Source of the DNA: Candidatus Kaiserbacteria bacterium RIFCSPHIGHO2_02_FULL_49_16
Lineage (GTDB): Bacteria > Patescibacteriota > Minisyncoccia > Phycocordibacterales > UBA2100
Assembly (NCBI GenBank): GCA_001781465.1
Contig: MFLD01000043.1
Location: 767 to 54,248, forward strand
Direction: 5' to 3'
Length of the DNA: 53,482 nt
Both the position numbers and the translations under genes were made by a program. Below the pieces are notes generated by a model. It was given only the letters and a program-made list of their open reading frames with translations. It was not told where the DNA came from and made no database searches. The stretch's first letter is position 1. Each line of letters starts with the position of its first letter. Shown piece by piece: positions 51,723 to 53,482 of this stretch.

Positions 51723-52490
51723 TTATTTGAGAGATGATGGCCGCACTAAAGGAAAAATGTCTATTCTGCCGACCGACGACGTGAAAGGGTTTGGCCAAGT
51801 AAACACAATTTTCTGTTTTTCTCCCGCATCGAGACGAGCAAGCGAAGTCATTGAAGTGGCTCTGGCATTGCCGGTCGAGTCAAAGATAACTGTTACAAAG
51901 GATAAATCCAATACGGGAGCGATTGAGACATTCTCTGCAATTGCCTCCAGGCGCGGACTTGACCCAATATCTGTGATTTCTTTATTACTTATTGATATAA
52001 CTGCCGCGCCGCTCTTCAGACGTTCCCATATCAATGGTTCTGTGAACTCAAAATACGTATGTGAAACCTTGCGATTCCCTGTATCGATTTTCATTTCATA
52101 CGCTGGTGTGATAGAAAGTGGCATGACGAACATCTTGCCCACGCGCTCGGCAACGGGGACGTTGCTCTCGTCGTACAATCCAAATCGATAACTGACTTGT
52201 CTAACTCCAGCATTCGCGTTTTCATTGACAACATAAGCAACCGAACTGTATGAACCGTCACGGACGCTAAAACTGCGCGACCAAAGTATTGACGCTGGGG
52301 AGAGAGCTCGTTCATCGAGGATTGGACACGGACCGCCCTTGTCCGGCGCTGTTTCGCCTTGATTCTGTTTTCCGTCCGTACACGTCGGCGTCTGATATAT
52401 ATATTTTGCAATCGGTATTCCGATGACAATAATCAAAAAGGATATGATGCCCAAGAGATAAATTCCTCGTCTGCGCGATGCCCAGGACAT
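51723..52490 (-). CDS. Hypothetical membrane-anchored protein upstream of ftsW/rodA
   Basis: 255 aa with N-terminal TM IYLLGIISFLIIVIGIPIA and a beta-rich soluble part. No family recognised. Confidence 0.45.
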   Translation of the reverse strand: MSWASRRRGIYLLGIISFLIIVIGIPIAKYIYQTPTCTDGKQNQGETAPDKGGPCPILDERALSPASILWSRSFSVRDGSYSSVAYVVNENANAGVRQVSYRFGLYDESNVPVAERVGKMFVMPLSITPAYEMKIDTGNRKVSHTYFEFTEPLIWERLKSGAAVISISNKEITDIGSSPRLEAIAENVSIAPVLDLSFVTVIFDSTGNARATSMTSLARLDAGEKQKIVFTWPNPFTSSVGRIDIFPLVRPSSLK

Positions 52491-52569
52491 AGGGACAGTA
52501 TATAGCTTCTAGCTGGTACAGAACACCTAAGTGTAGTGCGCTGTGCGTATATATGGAAAGACTTTTTTA

Positions 52570-53160
52570 TTACGCGTTTTCAGCGTTTTCAGCTTGAGCC
52601 AAATATGCCGCTTTTTCAGCTCGAGCCAAAAGGGCTTTTTTGATTACTTCTCTGGCTTCCTGAATGCCCCGTCTTGCTTTGTCGTACAAAGGGGAAACTT
52701 GTGGATGTAATTCAGGACTTGATTCAGCTTGGCCACGCTGATCCACTAAACCAGTATTTAAAAGAGAGTTGCTAAACGATTCTATCATCGTCGGATTAGA
52801 ATAACGCACAAATTTTCCCGCACCTGCGTCGACTTTGATCCATATCTCATCATTGGGAACATCAATTTTTGCCGTTTTGGTCGTCAGATACTTTTTCCCC
52901 CCATTGATAAATGGTTCCATTCTGCAACTAAACATAATTGGTTTTGCAGGACATTTCTCATAAAGCCTTTCCTGAATCTCATCAGCTCGTTTTTCCAATG
53001 TCTTCAATCTACCTCCAAGTTCGTCAATTTCCGTCCCAACTCTAGACATTTCGCCTTTTAGGCGGGCTCGCTCCATGGCCCATTTGGCCCCGGCATCATC
53101 TCGCACTCCTTGATTTGGTTGCAATGCTTTGTCCAGACTACGTGCTCCATCTAATACCAT
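52570..53160 (-). CDS. Hypothetical protein with coiled-coil segments
   Basis: 196 aa ORF with no competing ORF. No family recognised. Confidence 0.4.
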   Translation of the reverse strand: MVLDGARSLDKALQPNQGVRDDAGAKWAMERARLKGEMSRVGTEIDELGGRLKTLEKRADEIQERLYEKCPAKPIMFSCRMEPFINGGKKYLTTKTAKIDVPNDEIWIKVDAGAGKFVRYSNPTMIESFSNSLLNTGLVDQRGQAESSPELHPQVSPLYDKARRGIQEAREVIKKALLARAEKAAYLAQAENAENA

Positions 53161-53388
53161 AATTGCTTCTGGTTATGCTGATATAAATAAAGTGTCCCAT
53201 GTGATGTAAAGTACGTCAACCGTAAGTTCCAGAATTAATTGCAACGCCCGGAATTGGTGTCAGGCACCCCACAAATGCAACATCTATGGTGTAATATTTA
53301 TCGGTAAATCCACATGGCCAAATGAAGTTCCTTTGTTCACTGAGTTCCGGACCTCATCTAACGCTTCCGATAAATCAAATATTCTGTG

Positions 53389-53482
53389 TTGGCGGCGACC
53401 TACTCTTGCCTTGCGACTACCATCGGCGCAGACGGGCTTAACTGCCGTGTTCGGAATGAGAACGGGTGTAACACCGTCGCCA
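53389..53482 (-). rRNA. rrf: 5S ribosomal RNA, truncated by a few nt at its 5' end by the window edge
   Basis: The reverse complement reads TGGCGACGGTGTTACACCCGTTCTCATTCCGAACACGGCAGTTAAGCCCGTCTGCGCCGATGGTAGTCGCAAGGCAAGAGTAGGTCGCCGCCAACA. It contains the universal CCGAACACGG.AGTTAAGC and GCCGATGGTA...GAGTAGG blocks. Confidence 0.9.

Overview
This 53.5 kb window uses the standard genetic code: TGA, TAA and TAG all end clearly homologous ORFs. It is gene-dense, mostly housekeeping, and resembles a small-genome CPR/Patescibacteria-type bacterium; that taxonomic call is inference only. Recognisable core genes are lexA (3' end), argF/arcB, pdxST, alkA-like plus mini-ogt, tsaC, tsaD, an MsbA-like ABC exporter, valS, prsW, hsp20, dsbA-like, rpoD-dnaG, rpoC-rpoB, aroQ chorismate mutase, a tyrA-pheA fusion, secDF, pabB, folD, an envelope polysaccharide cluster (epimerase, WbaP-like, GT4), ftsW/rodA, four tRNAs (Ser-GCU, Ser-CGA, Glu-UUC, Val-GAC) and a partial 5S rRNA at the right edge. 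Accessory content comprises two restriction-modification pairs (a C5-MTase pair at 163-2131 and an N6A-MTase pair at 36372-38737 directly upstream of rpoB), two nuclease-like selfish genes flanking tRNA-Val, an AT-rich islet at 21.4-23.9 kb with a PD-(D/E)XK nuclease, a solo MazF/PemK toxin and an IS1595 transposase remnant. Five observations stand out. (1) ValRS carries a complete histidine-phosphatase domain between its two CxxC zinc knuckles. (2) A ~165 nt multi-hairpin repeat occurs three times, with compensatory substitutions, always co-oriented with the flanking genes. (3) Several families of perfect palindromic hairpins show arm-to-arm covariation, and some sit in-frame inside essential genes (tsaD, tsaC, rpoC). 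(4) Prephenate dehydrogenase and prephenate dehydratase are fused in one polypeptide. (5) Iteron-like GTTAAC-containing tandem repeats lie next to a 44 bp palindrome. No CRISPR array was seen. All homology calls come from motif recognition by eye and no database search was run.
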